A DNA stretch of 64,000 nt from Dehalococcoidia bacterium (GCA_963662435.1 OY759598.1:1954507-2018506); one strand, 5' to 3'. Positions 29,365 to 39,537 are shown, numbered from the stretch's first letter. Notes: a model not told the origin generated them from the letters alone. Made by a program: numbers and translations.

Positions 29365-30150
29365 ATGAACCTAAGCGACGATCAAAAGGTCTTCATCGAG
29401 ACGTTCGGTTTCCTTGCGCTCCGGCAGCTCTTGGACGTGGACGAGGTCGCGACAATGCTGCGGGAGTCCAACGATATCATGGAAGAGGTACGCGGCGGCA
29501 GCGCGTTCGACGGCGTGAAGCGGCAGGCCGTCCAGCCGTTCGTCGAGCGTCGACCTTTTCTGCACAGTCTGATCGCCGATCCGAGGATACTCGGTATCGC
29601 TGAGGGCCTCCTCGGGCCAGACATCTTTCTGAATGTGACGGAGGGCAACCTGCACGTCGGGGATACGGCTTGGCACGGTGGGTTCAGGAGCGCCGAGGTT
29701 CTCCCATCGGTCAAGATCTCATTCTACTTGGAACCCCTGACGAAGGAGAACGGTGCGCTGCGCTTCATCCCCGGTTCCCACAAGGGCGAGTTCTCCAAAC
29801 GGCTGGCGCGGATACGAGACCAGTCGGACGATCCTTACGCAGAGGTATGGGGCTTCAGCCCTGACGAGCTACCGGCCCACGCCGTCGAGACGATGCCCGG
29901 CGATGTCCTCGCGTTTAAGGAGGACACGTACCACAGCGCCTGGGGCGGGAGGTCCGGCAGGCACCAGCACGCGATCAACTTCAACCGAATCCCCCAAACT
30001 CCCGACGAGATGGCTCACTTGCGGGCGGCCTACGAGAGGATGACCTACGCATACCATCCGGTCGTCCAGAATCTCGAACATGAGAATCCCCGTCTCCGTG
30101 CGCTTCAGCAGCCAATGGTCGATTGGGGATTCAAGACGCAGAGCGTATGA
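29365..30150 (+). CDS. PhyH-family Fe(II)/2OG oxygenase with HxG motif (tandem paralog)
   Basis: GDTAWHGG, GALRFIPGSH, YHSAWGG..R; same 261-aa length as the upstream copy. Confidence 0.85.
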   Translation: MNLSDDQKVFIETFGFLALRQLLDVDEVATMLRESNDIMEEVRGGSAFDGVKRQAVQPFVERRPFLHSLIADPRILGIAEGLLGPDIFLNVTEGNLHVGDTAWHGGFRSAEVLPSVKISFYLEPLTKENGALRFIPGSHKGEFSKRLARIRDQSDDPYAEVWGFSPDELPAHAVETMPGDVLAFKEDTYHSAWGGRSGRHQHAINFNRIPQTPDEMAHLRAAYERMTYAYHPVVQNLEHENPRLRALQQPMVDWGFKTQSV

Positions 30151-30202
30151 ATCGGTCAGAAATCACCGCAGAGAGCAATGAAATCGCGGAGGCTAGGAAC
30201 AT

Positions 30203-30685
30203 ATGACTATCGATAAGTTGTCTCAAGAGCTACAGGCGGCGCAGCAGAAGGTGGCGGCCTCGCTGGCGGGCGCGACCGAGCATGAACTGCACACAGCGCC
30301 GGGCGCCGGTGAGTGGACGGCGTCCGAGGTTGTTGCGCACGTCATCGAAATGCAGGCCATGTGGATGGAGAAGATCGCCAATGCCGACCAGGAGCCCGAC
30401 CTCGCGCGTTCCCACAGCGAGATCGACCGGCGTACCGCCTCCGTCGACGCTCACAGCGGCGACGACCTTGGAACGATAGTTAGACGCCTCGCCGAGTCGT
30501 GCGGTCGGACGATGGACATCCTGCAGGGCATGTCGTCCGGCGACCTCGATCGCCCCGTCACCTACGGGCACACGTCGACATCCGGTACCGCGCAGGAGGC
30601 GGCACGCTCGCTGGTAATCTCCCACCTCTCCGAACACGCGCAGCAGATCACCGAGACGAGGCAGGCTGCCGGAACCGGGCAATAG
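30203..30685 (+). CDS. DinB/YfiT-family protein
   Basis: GEWTASEVVAHV and HLSEHAQQI metal-binding His pattern. Confidence 0.85.
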   Translation: MTIDKLSQELQAAQQKVAASLAGATEHELHTAPGAGEWTASEVVAHVIEMQAMWMEKIANADQEPDLARSHSEIDRRTASVDAHSGDDLGTIVRRLAESCGRTMDILQGMSSGDLDRPVTYGHTSTSGTAQEAARSLVISHLSEHAQQITETRQAAGTGQ

Positions 30686-30818
30686 CCGGACAAGCCGTGT
30701 GTCGCGTGTACGTCTACCTTAACAGCGACAATCGTTCATAGCGACCATCCAGACCCCACCGTTCGTGGTGAGCCTGTCGAACCATGAACAGTAAGAACAG
30801 GTTCCCCATCGAGAGTCC

Positions 30819-31502
30819 CTACCGCCGGTTGAGGTGCTCCACCACGGCATCAGCCAGCGCGCCGATGCTCCGCCGCGTGACGGTGATGACGCGGTCGTCG
30901 CCCCTACCCTCGAAGTGCGATGACACCTTGTGGTCGAGGACGGTGCTGCCCCAGATGACGATGATATCCGCCCATCGGCGTGCCGGACGGAAGTAGCGGT
31001 CGTCCTTCGACTTGGTGCCGTCGACGAAGCGCCATTCCACGCCGCGCGGGGACTTCTGGAGTATCTCCCGAGTCTTGGCCTCGGTGCCGCCAACGACGAG
31101 CACCTTGGCAATGTTGGCGTCGGCCAGCGCAGAGACCATCCGCTCCAGGGCGCTTCGGTCCTTGGAGCCACCACAAATCGTGCAGTGGGTCTGGTCCACA
31201 AGCAGCCGCGACGCTCCTTCAGCCTGCATGCGGCAGTCGCCGTTTCCGCAATGCCAGAGGAATGCCGCCTCGAGGACCTCACGGGAGCGGCCCACCTTCC
31301 CGGCGGCGATGTTGGTGCGATTGGGGCGGCGTGAGATGATCCCGGCGTTTGCCAGGGCTTCACGCGCGGACCTCTGGGCCCCGGGAGCGCCGATGCCAAA
31401 GTCCTTGAGCATCTTGGCGATGGAGATATCCGGCACGGTTGGGTCTCCGGGTAAACTTTGAGCGAGTTGGGCGGCTTTCGTCTGATCGAGGGGATGAAGC
31501 AA
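30819..31502 (-). CDS. Hypothetical protein with Cys cluster and DUF2325-like C-terminal domain
   Basis: HCGNGDC, HCTICGG; VLVVGG...ADIIVIWGSTVLDHKVS. Confidence 0.6.
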   Translation of the reverse strand: MLHPLDQTKAAQLAQSLPGDPTVPDISIAKMLKDFGIGAPGAQRSAREALANAGIISRRPNRTNIAAGKVGRSREVLEAAFLWHCGNGDCRMQAEGASRLLVDQTHCTICGGSKDRSALERMVSALADANIAKVLVVGGTEAKTREILQKSPRGVEWRFVDGTKSKDDRYFRPARRWADIIVIWGSTVLDHKVSSHFEGRGDDRVITVTRRSIGALADAVVEHLNRR

Positions 31503-31526
31503 CCGACTCGATACAGCGCGAATGCT

Positions 31527-31709
31527 TCAGAGGACCGTCGCGAACACCACGGCCCCCAATATCACCACGCCTACAGACAACTCGATGATGCCGAACGGCC
31601 TGCCACCCTCTTGGCCACGACGCAGGGTCCTGATGCCGTTGTAGGTGAACAACGCTCCAACGACCAGTGCGATCGCCGTTACAATGAGACGCGGTAAGAA
31701 GAACACCAT
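31527..31709 (-). CDS. Small 2-TM membrane protein
   Basis: 60 aa with two hydrophobic helices. Confidence 0.5.
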   Translation of the reverse strand: MVFFLPRLIVTAIALVVGALFTYNGIRTLRRGQEGGRPFGIIELSVGVVILGAVVFATVL

Positions 31710-31776
31710 GTGATGCCCCCAACGACTTTCGAAGAAGAGACTCTCGGCCTACGTACGAGTTGAGCAGCTAAGGGGA

Positions 31777-32238
31777 CTAGGTCCCGAAGCGCACCGCCGC
31801 CACGGGGTCGCTGTAGTCGACGCCCTTGGTGGCCCAGAAGATCGTCGCAATCTCGTCAACGGCGGCCACGAGGTTCTCTGCCGCCTCTTTGTCGACGGCC
31901 TGCTTGTTGGCGGAGGCGAGCTTTGCCGCTCCCCAGACCTTCGAGGGCAGGTCGGGATGGGCCTCGAGATGCTCAGGCTTGAAGTAGTCGTTGCTGAGAA
32001 TGTTGATCTCGCGCTTACAGAGCTCGGCGTGCTCCTCCTTGACGGCCACGTAGCGGGAGAAGGAATTGCCCGCAGCGGCGCTCATGTCGCTGTCGTCCAT
32101 GGCCTCGATGCGCACGACCATCTTGAGCACGGTCTGGGCCGCGATCTTGGCGGCGATGGGATCGTAGATGCCGCAGGGAATGTCACAGTGGGCGTGGACC
32201 TCTCGAACGGAAATAAGGTGTTTCAGTGTCTCGATCAT
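31777..32238 (-). CDS. sodN: Nickel superoxide dismutase precursor
   Basis: Ni-hook HCDIPCGIYDP after a 16-aa leader; KEEHAE, DYFKPEH, IFWATK. Confidence 0.96.
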   Translation of the reverse strand: MIETLKHLISVREVHAHCDIPCGIYDPIAAKIAAQTVLKMVVRIEAMDDSDMSAAAGNSFSRYVAVKEEHAELCKREINILSNDYFKPEHLEAHPDLPSKVWGAAKLASANKQAVDKEAAENLVAAVDEIATIFWATKGVDYSDPVAAVRFGT

Positions 32239-32535
32239 GGCTGAAAACTGTCCTCCAGAGTCTGGTGATTGTGATGCGAAGAAGGTTATCAAGATGCCGG
32301 TACAGGCGCAAGGAGAAAGGGGTTGGGGAAACCATTCGGACTCCTTGTGGCCGAGCAATGCGCCCAGCGACCGTCAATCCCCCAAAGGGAGAACGTTGAA
32401 CAACCGTCGTACCCGCGAATGCGGGACTTTGAACAATCGTCATACCGGCGAAAGCCGGTATCCAGAGGGCTGGGGGATTGGATGTGCGAATCGAATTGGA
32501 CAGGGTAAGCGGGCGTTCGATAGCATTGCCAGGGT

Positions 32536-33039
32536 ATGGCTTCCTACGACGATACCAACTACTGCCAGCGGTGCGGTCATGCCCTCGAGGCCAGAGAGTT
32601 CGAGGGGACGCCGAGACCGACGTGCCCAAGCTGCGGTTTCATGGTGTTCCTCGATCCGAAGGTCGCTGTCGTCGTGCTGGTCTCGGGCAGCGACAAGCTC
32701 CTGTTCGTGAAGCGAGGAGCGGAGCCGCAAATCGGAAAGTGGTGCTTTCCGGGAGGCTATGTCGATCGCGGTGAGGAAGTCACGACCGCGGCTCGGCGCG
32801 AAGTCCGGGAGGAGACCGGGCTTGAAGTTGGGATCACCAGTCTCATTGGCGTCTATTCGCTGCCGTCGAATCCGGTTATCGTCATCGCCTATTCAGGTAC
32901 GGTGAAGTGTGGCGATCTGACGCCTGGCACGGACGCAGATGATGCCGGTTGGTTCGACCTCGGAGAACTGCCGGAGTTGGCCTTTCCGCACAACGTGAAG
33001 ATTATCGAGGACTGGGAGGCGGCGCGGCAAGCCGGCTAG
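32536..33039 (+). CDS. Nudix hydrolase with N-terminal zinc ribbon
   Basis: YCQRCG, CPSCG, DPKVAV, FPGGYVDRGE...ARREVREETG. Confidence 0.9.
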   Translation: MASYDDTNYCQRCGHALEAREFEGTPRPTCPSCGFMVFLDPKVAVVVLVSGSDKLLFVKRGAEPQIGKWCFPGGYVDRGEEVTTAARREVREETGLEVGITSLIGVYSLPSNPVIVIAYSGTVKCGDLTPGTDADDAGWFDLGELPELAFPHNVKIIEDWEAARQAG

Positions 33040-33041
33040 TC

Positions 33042-33872
33042 TCAGGCAGTATCGTCCTCCGCGCTATCCGGTGGAGGCAAGTAAGGCGTCGTCTTTCGCG
33101 CCGTGGTGATGAAGCCCGTGTGCCCGATCATGCGGTGGTCGGGACGTACGCTGCGACCCCGCACGGACCACGTCCTCATGAAGATCTCGGTAGTCTCGAT
33201 CATCCCGAACGTGTTGGCGTCTTCCAGGGCTCCTACGAGGTCGTGCACCTGCAGGACGGTGGGGAGAAAGCACGTGAGCACTCCACCCGGAACGAGTGCT
33301 CCGACCGCGTGAGGGACGACATGCCATGGCTCTGGGAGATCGAGGACGATGCGGTCGAGGTCGGACTCGTCGATACTTTCGTAGACATCGCCGTTCTTGA
33401 ATGCCACCTGCGGGTGCTCCGGCATGATCGCTGCGAGGTTCTGCCGTGCTCGGTGAGTCATGTCGTCGCGAATGTCATAGGTGATGACGGACCCGTGTTC
33501 GCCGACCGCACGGGCCAGGGCGATGGTTAGCGCGCCGGACCCGGAGCCCGCTTCCAGCACGCGCGCTCCGGGGAAGATGTCGCCGTAGGTGATTATCGCT
33601 CCGATGTCCTTTGGATAGACGACGGTGGCGACTCGCGGCATGATGCGAATGAAGTCCGCCATGCCGGGCTTCACCACGATGAGCGCGTGGCCCTTGGACG
33701 TCCGGATGCGGACCCCGTCCGGCTCGCCGATGATGTCGTCGTGATGGAAGGTGCCGAGGTGGTTCTGGTCGTCCTTATCGGACTGGAGGGTGACAAGGTA
33801 TCGCCGGCCCCTCCGGTCGATGATGAGGGCTTGTTCTCCGTCTTTGAAGATGTAGGAAGAGTCTGTGGTCAT
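33042..33872 (-). CDS. trmI: tRNA (adenine-58-N1)-methyltransferase
   Basis: MPRVATVVYPKD, VLEAGSGSGALT, LDLPEPW, RPDHRMIGHTGF. Confidence 0.93.
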   Translation of the reverse strand: MTTDSSYIFKDGEQALIIDRRGRRYLVTLQSDKDDQNHLGTFHHDDIIGEPDGVRIRTSKGHALIVVKPGMADFIRIMPRVATVVYPKDIGAIITYGDIFPGARVLEAGSGSGALTIALARAVGEHGSVITYDIRDDMTHRARQNLAAIMPEHPQVAFKNGDVYESIDESDLDRIVLDLPEPWHVVPHAVGALVPGGVLTCFLPTVLQVHDLVGALEDANTFGMIETTEIFMRTWSVRGRSVRPDHRMIGHTGFITTARKTTPYLPPPDSAEDDTA

Positions 33873-33978
33873 ACTGGAATCCAGCGTAGGGTCGCTCCGG
33901 TTGGGCAGGAAGGTCGATGGATTCCCGCCTCCGCGGGAATGGACGGTGCTGAGTGGTTATCTCTTAGGTGCTGGGCGA

Positions 33979-34866
33979 CTAACGGCCCGATAGCGCTTCT
34001 TCGGGTTCGAGGACCCCGACTCGCCTGAGGACTTCGTAGACCTCGCTTGCCCGGGCCTCGCCTGCGTCTGGATTCGGCAGTCGAACGTCGGAGCATTCTA
34101 TGACGCCCATATACTTGAGGATGTACTTGCAAACGGAATAGGCGTGCGGGTCGAAGGTGCAGTAGTTGAGAATCGGCACGAGCTTGCCGTAATACAGGTC
34201 GCGGGCCTCGTCCCAGCGCTCCTGCTTGACGAGATCGTGGAGCCTAACTTCGAGTTCCGGCACAAGAGTGGCGCTGCCGGAGATGACGCCGTCCGCGCCC
34301 ATCTGATAGGCGAGCAGGCTCATGAGGTCCCACCCGCACAGGACGGGGATATCGAGGAGCTGCTTGGCCTCGTAGTTCTTGTCCGGGATGCCGCTGATCT
34401 TGAGGGCGATGATGTTTTCGGTCTGCTGCGTGAGGGGAAAGATGTCATCGCGGATGGAGACCTCGCCGCGCAGGCCCTGATCGTAGAGCATCACCGGCAC
34501 GATCTCGGCCAGTCGGAGGAAGTAGTCGTGAGTGTCGCCGTCGATGGGAGGACGCGACATGACGTAGTCCGCGCCGGACTCGGCGGCGATCTCTCCGACG
34601 GTCAGGCCGTCGGCAAATGTGGCGTTAATGATTCCCACTCCCACGGGGACAGCGCCGTTCACGTACTCGACCACCGCGCGCGCCGTCTCTCGGCGCTCAT
34701 CCATCGTGTAGGTGTCATACTCGCCGATCTTGCCCTGCACCACAACGCTGGTCGCCCCGGCCCTGTTGACTCTGTCGATCTGCCTGAAGATTCCCTCGAC
34801 ATCAATCTCGTTCGATGCCGTGTAAGGAGTCATGAGCAGCGTGTTGACGCCGTTGAGTCGTTTCAT
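33979..34866 (-). CDS. DapA/NanA-family class I aldolase
   Basis: LMTPY, GKIGEY, VMLYD, Schiff-base Lys in IALKIS, GADGVISG. Confidence 0.85.
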   Translation of the reverse strand: MKRLNGVNTLLMTPYTASNEIDVEGIFRQIDRVNRAGATSVVVQGKIGEYDTYTMDERRETARAVVEYVNGAVPVGVGIINATFADGLTVGEIAAESGADYVMSRPPIDGDTHDYFLRLAEIVPVMLYDQGLRGEVSIRDDIFPLTQQTENIIALKISGIPDKNYEAKQLLDIPVLCGWDLMSLLAYQMGADGVISGSATLVPELEVRLHDLVKQERWDEARDLYYGKLVPILNYCTFDPHAYSVCKYILKYMGVIECSDVRLPNPDAGEARASEVYEVLRRVGVLEPEEALSGR

Positions 34867-35007
34867 CGAGCCGTTCTCCCATAACGTGTGAATGGTCTCT
34901 TGGGTGCGTGAGAATTGTAGGTTGGAGCCATCGAATTGGCAAGGTAGGCGAACATGGCGAACATGGCATCGATGCACGAACGGACGGGCGGTTTGTCTTT
35001 GGTCGTT

Positions 35008-36144
35008 TCAAGAAACGTCGATGCGGGCCCAGCGGATATCGAGGTGCTTGCCGTCTCCAGCATAGAAGACGACGAGGACCTCGTCGTTCGGGAGAACGAC
35101 GCCGCGTGGATGGCCGAATCTCCAGGAGCCCATGTCGTTCCACATCTCTCGCTGGGACCGCCTTCCATGTGCGCCGGACTCAGTCCCTTCTTCGCTCTGG
35201 TATACCGTGAGCTGAGGCGCGGCGTCCCACGTTTCGCCGAAGTCATCGCTGAGAGATGCGCCGATGCCATTGATGGCCCGGCGGTCTGGGTATACGAAGA
35301 GTAAGCGGTCACCTCCCAGGGGAATCGGCATGCAGTGTTGCCCTGACATGCCAGTACCCACGGGCTCGGTCCACGACATGCCGTCCGGCGACCCCCACGA
35401 TATGTGGATGTCGATGTCCATGCCAAGCGTGGAGTCGTGCGTCCAGTACGTCCCTACCTGACGACCGGTTTCGGGATGTCGGGCGACGCGAACGTCCCAG
35501 TAATACTTCCCTCCGGTGGGATGCTTGGCCATGGTCGCGAGTTCCGGCCACGTGATTCCTCCGTCGCGTGAGAGGCGGAGATAGGCGCCCTGGTCCGGCG
35601 GGCTGTCGTCGTCGAAGTCCTTCCACGTCTCGTATGGCTGGGCGAGGACTCCGTCCGGGAGAGCATAGATGGCTTCTGTGACGGGGGACGCGCCACGGTG
35701 CGGCCGAACGTCCATCAGTTGACGTGGGCTCCACGTGCGGCCCCCGTCGGTCGATGACGTGTGGAAGATGCGCATGGGGAGGATGCCCTGATTGCTGGGG
35801 TTGACGAACGGGAGTGACGGATCAGAGCGGTCGACCCAGAGTCCTGTCGCGGTTAGAAGCCCCAGCCGCGTCTCGACTATTGAGAGGGTCTTAACTTCAC
35901 CGGGGGTACCGTCTTCCCAATTTCCCTTATCCATACCGTCGTAGACGAGGTCCCATGTTCCGTCGAGGCCGTTCCCCGCGTAGAGCAGGATGTGCCCGTC
36001 TAGAGAATCTCGGTCGCTCCCGGCGCGAAAGGAAACCAGGACCATGCCGTCTCCGGTGATTGCGATGTCAGAGAACGCGGTAGACCGTTGATGCGGCGGG
36101 GCCTGACGAGCGTCGTGGACGAGGCCGGATGCGGTGACGTGCAT
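35008..36144 (-). CDS. Sialidase-like BNR/Asp-box protein
   Basis: Asp boxes STDGGRTW, SRDGGITW, SPDGMSW, SDDFGETW; FGHP. Confidence 0.85.
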   Translation of the reverse strand: MHVTASGLVHDARQAPPHQRSTAFSDIAITGDGMVLVSFRAGSDRDSLDGHILLYAGNGLDGTWDLVYDGMDKGNWEDGTPGEVKTLSIVETRLGLLTATGLWVDRSDPSLPFVNPSNQGILPMRIFHTSSTDGGRTWSPRQLMDVRPHRGASPVTEAIYALPDGVLAQPYETWKDFDDDSPPDQGAYLRLSRDGGITWPELATMAKHPTGGKYYWDVRVARHPETGRQVGTYWTHDSTLGMDIDIHISWGSPDGMSWTEPVGTGMSGQHCMPIPLGGDRLLFVYPDRRAINGIGASLSDDFGETWDAAPQLTVYQSEEGTESGAHGRRSQREMWNDMGSWRFGHPRGVVLPNDEVLVVFYAGDGKHLDIRWARIDVS

Positions 36145-36401
36145 GGCGCTAGTTCCTCAAGGTTATGGTTGGCTGGACGTGCCTAACTATACCAACAAGG
36201 GAGGCAACTTACTCATGCGGGTTGCCGCCGGTGGATTCCCACCTTCGTAGGCCCATGCGCGACCCCTCTCCTGTTCGCGGAAGAGGGCTGGTGTGAGGGC
36301 AAAGGGATCCCATCTGCAAGGTGCCCGCCTCCGGCTCTCGCCCGAATGACACGTCTCGCAATGGCCTCGTTTCACGGGGAACGACGAATGGAGATGAAGG
36401 C

Positions 36402-37490
36402 CTAGAACCCAGGAAGACGTCCTTGCATGGGCTGGTCCTGCGGTTCCTCGAACTGTTGGTCAAATCCGGAGACGCCGACGCCTACCAATCGGAACTCGCG
36501 TCCGGGGAGCAGTTCGCGTTCGAGGAGCGCCGATGCGGTGCGGGAGATGACCTCGGCGGACTCTTCAGGTTGAGGAAGAGTCTTCTGGCGAGTGAAGGTG
36601 GTGAAGTCGGCGAGTCGGAGCTTGATTTTGACAGTGCGGCCACGAAGATCGGCAGACGCGAGCTGCAGGGCTACGCGCTGTGCCAGGCGGGCAACAAGCT
36701 CGTGGAGCAATTCGGGACTACCGGTGTCCTCAGTGAGAGTTGTTTCAGCGCTGACCGACTTCGTTTCGCGAGAGACGAGGACGGGGCGGTCATCGTGACC
36801 ACGTGCGAGCCCCCGCATCTGCGGCCCGTTCTTGCCGAACCAGGAGGAGAACCAGTCTTCCGGTTGCCGGGCGAGGTCGCCGATAGTCTCTATGCCCTCG
36901 GCCAGCAGTCGCTCCGACGCCTTCGGGCCGATCCCCCAGAGCGTGCGTACAGGGAGTGGAGCGAGAAAGTCTCGCTCCGTTCCGGGATGAACCACCGTGA
37001 GGCCGTCCGGCTTGTCCATGTCGGAAGCGATCTTCGCCACTGACTTACTCGTCGCAACGCCGACGGAGATGGTGAGGCCGACCTCGCTCGAGACCCTGCG
37101 CCTGATACCGGTTGCGATCGCCTCAGGGGTGACATCCGGCCCAACGCTCGCGGTCACGTCAAGGAAGGCCTCGTCGAGGGACAGGGGTTCGATGAGATCA
37201 GTGATATCACGGAACACATCCATTACCTGCGATGAGACCTCATGGTAGCGGTCGAATCGAGGAGCGACCCTGATCGCCTGAGGACAGCGCTGCATTGCGG
37301 TGCGCATGGGCATAGCAGAACGCACGCCATAGGCGCGGGCTTCGTAGGATGCAGCGGCGACGACGCCCCTCGTCGCCGGGCTCCCGCCGACCACGACCGG
37401 CTTTCCCCGCAGTTCGGGGCTATCAAGTTGCTCGACCGAGGCATAGAAGGCATCGAGATCGGCGTGAAGTATGTTGCGTATGTTGGTCAT
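36402..37490 (-). CDS. dinB: DNA polymerase IV
   Basis: HADLDAFYASVE, AASYEARAYGVRSAMP, SLDEAFLD, AKIASDMDKPDG. Confidence 0.97.
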   Translation of the reverse strand: MTNIRNILHADLDAFYASVEQLDSPELRGKPVVVGGSPATRGVVAAASYEARAYGVRSAMPMRTAMQRCPQAIRVAPRFDRYHEVSSQVMDVFRDITDLIEPLSLDEAFLDVTASVGPDVTPEAIATGIRRRVSSEVGLTISVGVATSKSVAKIASDMDKPDGLTVVHPGTERDFLAPLPVRTLWGIGPKASERLLAEGIETIGDLARQPEDWFSSWFGKNGPQMRGLARGHDDRPVLVSRETKSVSAETTLTEDTGSPELLHELVARLAQRVALQLASADLRGRTVKIKLRLADFTTFTRQKTLPQPEESAEVISRTASALLERELLPGREFRLVGVGVSGFDQQFEEPQDQPMQGRLPGF

Positions 37491-37794
37491 TGGCTAAGTG
37501 CTGTCTAGTCAATAGCTCAGACCAAGTGATTCATAGTGGGGAGGGCAGCTGAGTCTACACTCAGGTTCCTTCGTACTAATCGAACACTCTACAGCATTCG
37601 CCACAGACCAGGTGTTGGATTTGACTGACCGGCAGGTGCAGGAGAGAATAGACCATGCGTGCTTATACGGCAAGTCGTACGGCGAGCTTTTCGCGAATGC
37701 CAACGAAAAAATTAGGAGATTGGACAGATTTCGGTCGAAACTGAATTTGACCTTGTCTCAAATTGATGTATACTCCGTGACGCATCAAACGGAT

Positions 37795-39453
37795 ATGAAA
37801 TTTAGCTACGACCTCCAAACATTCCGCGGAGACGTATTTGGCGGCCTCACCGCAGCGGTGGTGGGTCTACCGGTAGCATTGGCCTTTGGTGTAGCGTCAG
37901 GACTTGGCGCGGTTCAAGGCCTCTATGGCGCTATTGCCGTAGGATTCTTCGCATCGGTCTTCGGGGGTACGCGGTCCCAGATATCAGGTCCGACGGGCCC
38001 TATGGCCGTCGCCATGGCGGTGGTCGTCGCGGCAAACGCGGAGAACCTCGCCGAGGCGTTCACAATTGCCATCATGGCGGGGTTGATACAGATTCTCCTC
38101 GGCGTGATGAGAATTGGACGTTTCGTAGCATACACCCCGTACTCTGTGATCTCCGGCTTCATGTCGGGTATCGGTCTCATCATAATCCTCCTGCAGACAC
38201 TGCCCTTCATGGGAGCCTCGGTTGCGGAGGGTGGTCCGTTGGGAGCGGTCAAAGCTTGGCCTACCGTGATACCGGATATCAATATTAGCGCACTGGCCAT
38301 TGCCGCGCTGACGCTTGCGGTTGGAGTGCTTTGGCCCAACAAGCTCAAACAGTATCTGCCACCCACCCTCGCGGCCCTGCTTGCCGGGACATTGCTCAGC
38401 GTCCTGTGGCTCACCGATACTCCGGTCATTGGGGACGTGCCATCGGGACTGCCGGACATCATGCTGCCGGAGCTGTCAATTGGAGCGCTGGCGGGGGCTG
38501 TGCAGCCGGCGCTGATCATTGCCCTGCTGGGATCCATCGACAGCCTGCTCACGTCGCTGGTCGCCGACTCGATGACTCGAACGCGACACAACCCAAACCG
38601 TGAGTTGATCGGTCAGGGCATCGGCAACATGGCAGCCGGTTTCATCGGGGGCCTTCCGGGGGCTGGGGCGACGATGGGAACGGTTGTGAACATCAGGGCG
38701 GGCGGAAGCACCCAGGTCTCAGGCGTGTTGAGAGCCGCCATCCTTCTGGCGCTGGTCCTTGGGCTGGGCAAGTACGTGGAGTCGATTCCTCATGCCGCCC
38801 TTGCGGGCATATTGATGAAGGTCGGGTGGGACATCATCGACTGGCGTTTCCTAACTCGCATTCACCGCGTTCAGCGTGAACACCTTCTCGTCATGCTGAT
38901 CACACTGCTGTTAACGGTGTTCCTCGACCTCGTAACGGCCGTGGCCATCGGCCTCATTGCTGCCGGCATGGCGAGCGCCCGGCTCCTGGAACGCCTGGAG
39001 TTGGACAGCGTGATTTCCGTGCCTCTCCTGGACAGGACTTTCCTTTACGGGAAGGAGGGACTGTTCGACGAAGGCGATCTCGAGGACGGCGACGAAGAGG
39101 AAGAAATCGACGAATTCTCCGCCCGCGTGGGCCTCGTGGCACTTCGGGGCAGCTTCTCCGTGGCATCCTCGAATAAACTCGTGAATGCGATCAGCGTGGA
39201 CATCAGGGACCACGAGGTGGTGATCTTCGACTTCACGGACACCGTGTCCGTTGACGACAGCGCGGCCCTGGTTGTGGAGCAGTTGATTGATATCGCACTG
39301 GAAGAGGATACCGAGGTCATCGTGATAGGTCTCGAGGGAATGCCCGCCACAACTCTCCTGGCGCTCAACGTCCTCAAGAACGTGCCGGACAACCACATCG
39401 TCGAGTCGCTGGACGAGGCGAAGGAAATCTCAAGGCGGCTGCTCGGAGTCTAG
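37795..39453 (+). CDS. SulP/SLC26 anion permease with STAS domain (BicA-like)
   Basis: GDVFGGLTAAVVGLPVALAFG, ISGPTGPM, RELIGQGIGN, GATMGTVVNI. Confidence 0.93.
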   Translation: MKFSYDLQTFRGDVFGGLTAAVVGLPVALAFGVASGLGAVQGLYGAIAVGFFASVFGGTRSQISGPTGPMAVAMAVVVAANAENLAEAFTIAIMAGLIQILLGVMRIGRFVAYTPYSVISGFMSGIGLIIILLQTLPFMGASVAEGGPLGAVKAWPTVIPDINISALAIAALTLAVGVLWPNKLKQYLPPTLAALLAGTLLSVLWLTDTPVIGDVPSGLPDIMLPELSIGALAGAVQPALIIALLGSIDSLLTSLVADSMTRTRHNPNRELIGQGIGNMAAGFIGGLPGAGATMGTVVNIRAGGSTQVSGVLRAAILLALVLGLGKYVESIPHAALAGILMKVGWDIIDWRFLTRIHRVQREHLLVMLITLLLTVFLDLVTAVAIGLIAAGMASARLLERLELDSVISVPLLDRTFLYGKEGLFDEGDLEDGDEEEEIDEFSARVGLVALRGSFSVASSNKLVNAISVDIRDHEVVIFDFTDTVSVDDSAALVVEQLIDIALEEDTEVIVIGLEGMPATTLLALNVLKNVPDNHIVESLDEAKEISRRLLGV

Positions 39454-39537
39454 GTCAGCGAGAGCGGTCGGGACCGAGACCTACGTCGTAGAAAGCGTGA
39501 GACATCATTGGCTGCATTCCCCAGCAGCCGTCCCCAA

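Noticed and set aside
23449..30150. Diversity-generating retroelement explaining the paralog pairs
   Set aside because: No reverse transcriptase in the window, and the differences between copies are not adenine-specific.
37561..37600. LexA/SOS box upstream of dinB
   Set aside because: Only a half site (CGAAC); no GAAC-N4-GTTC match.
5204..39453. Calvin-cycle module made of CbbQ/CbbO-like genes, glcDEF and BicA-like SulP
   Set aside because: The genes are far apart, each occurs in heterotrophs, and no Rubisco or phosphoribulokinase is present.
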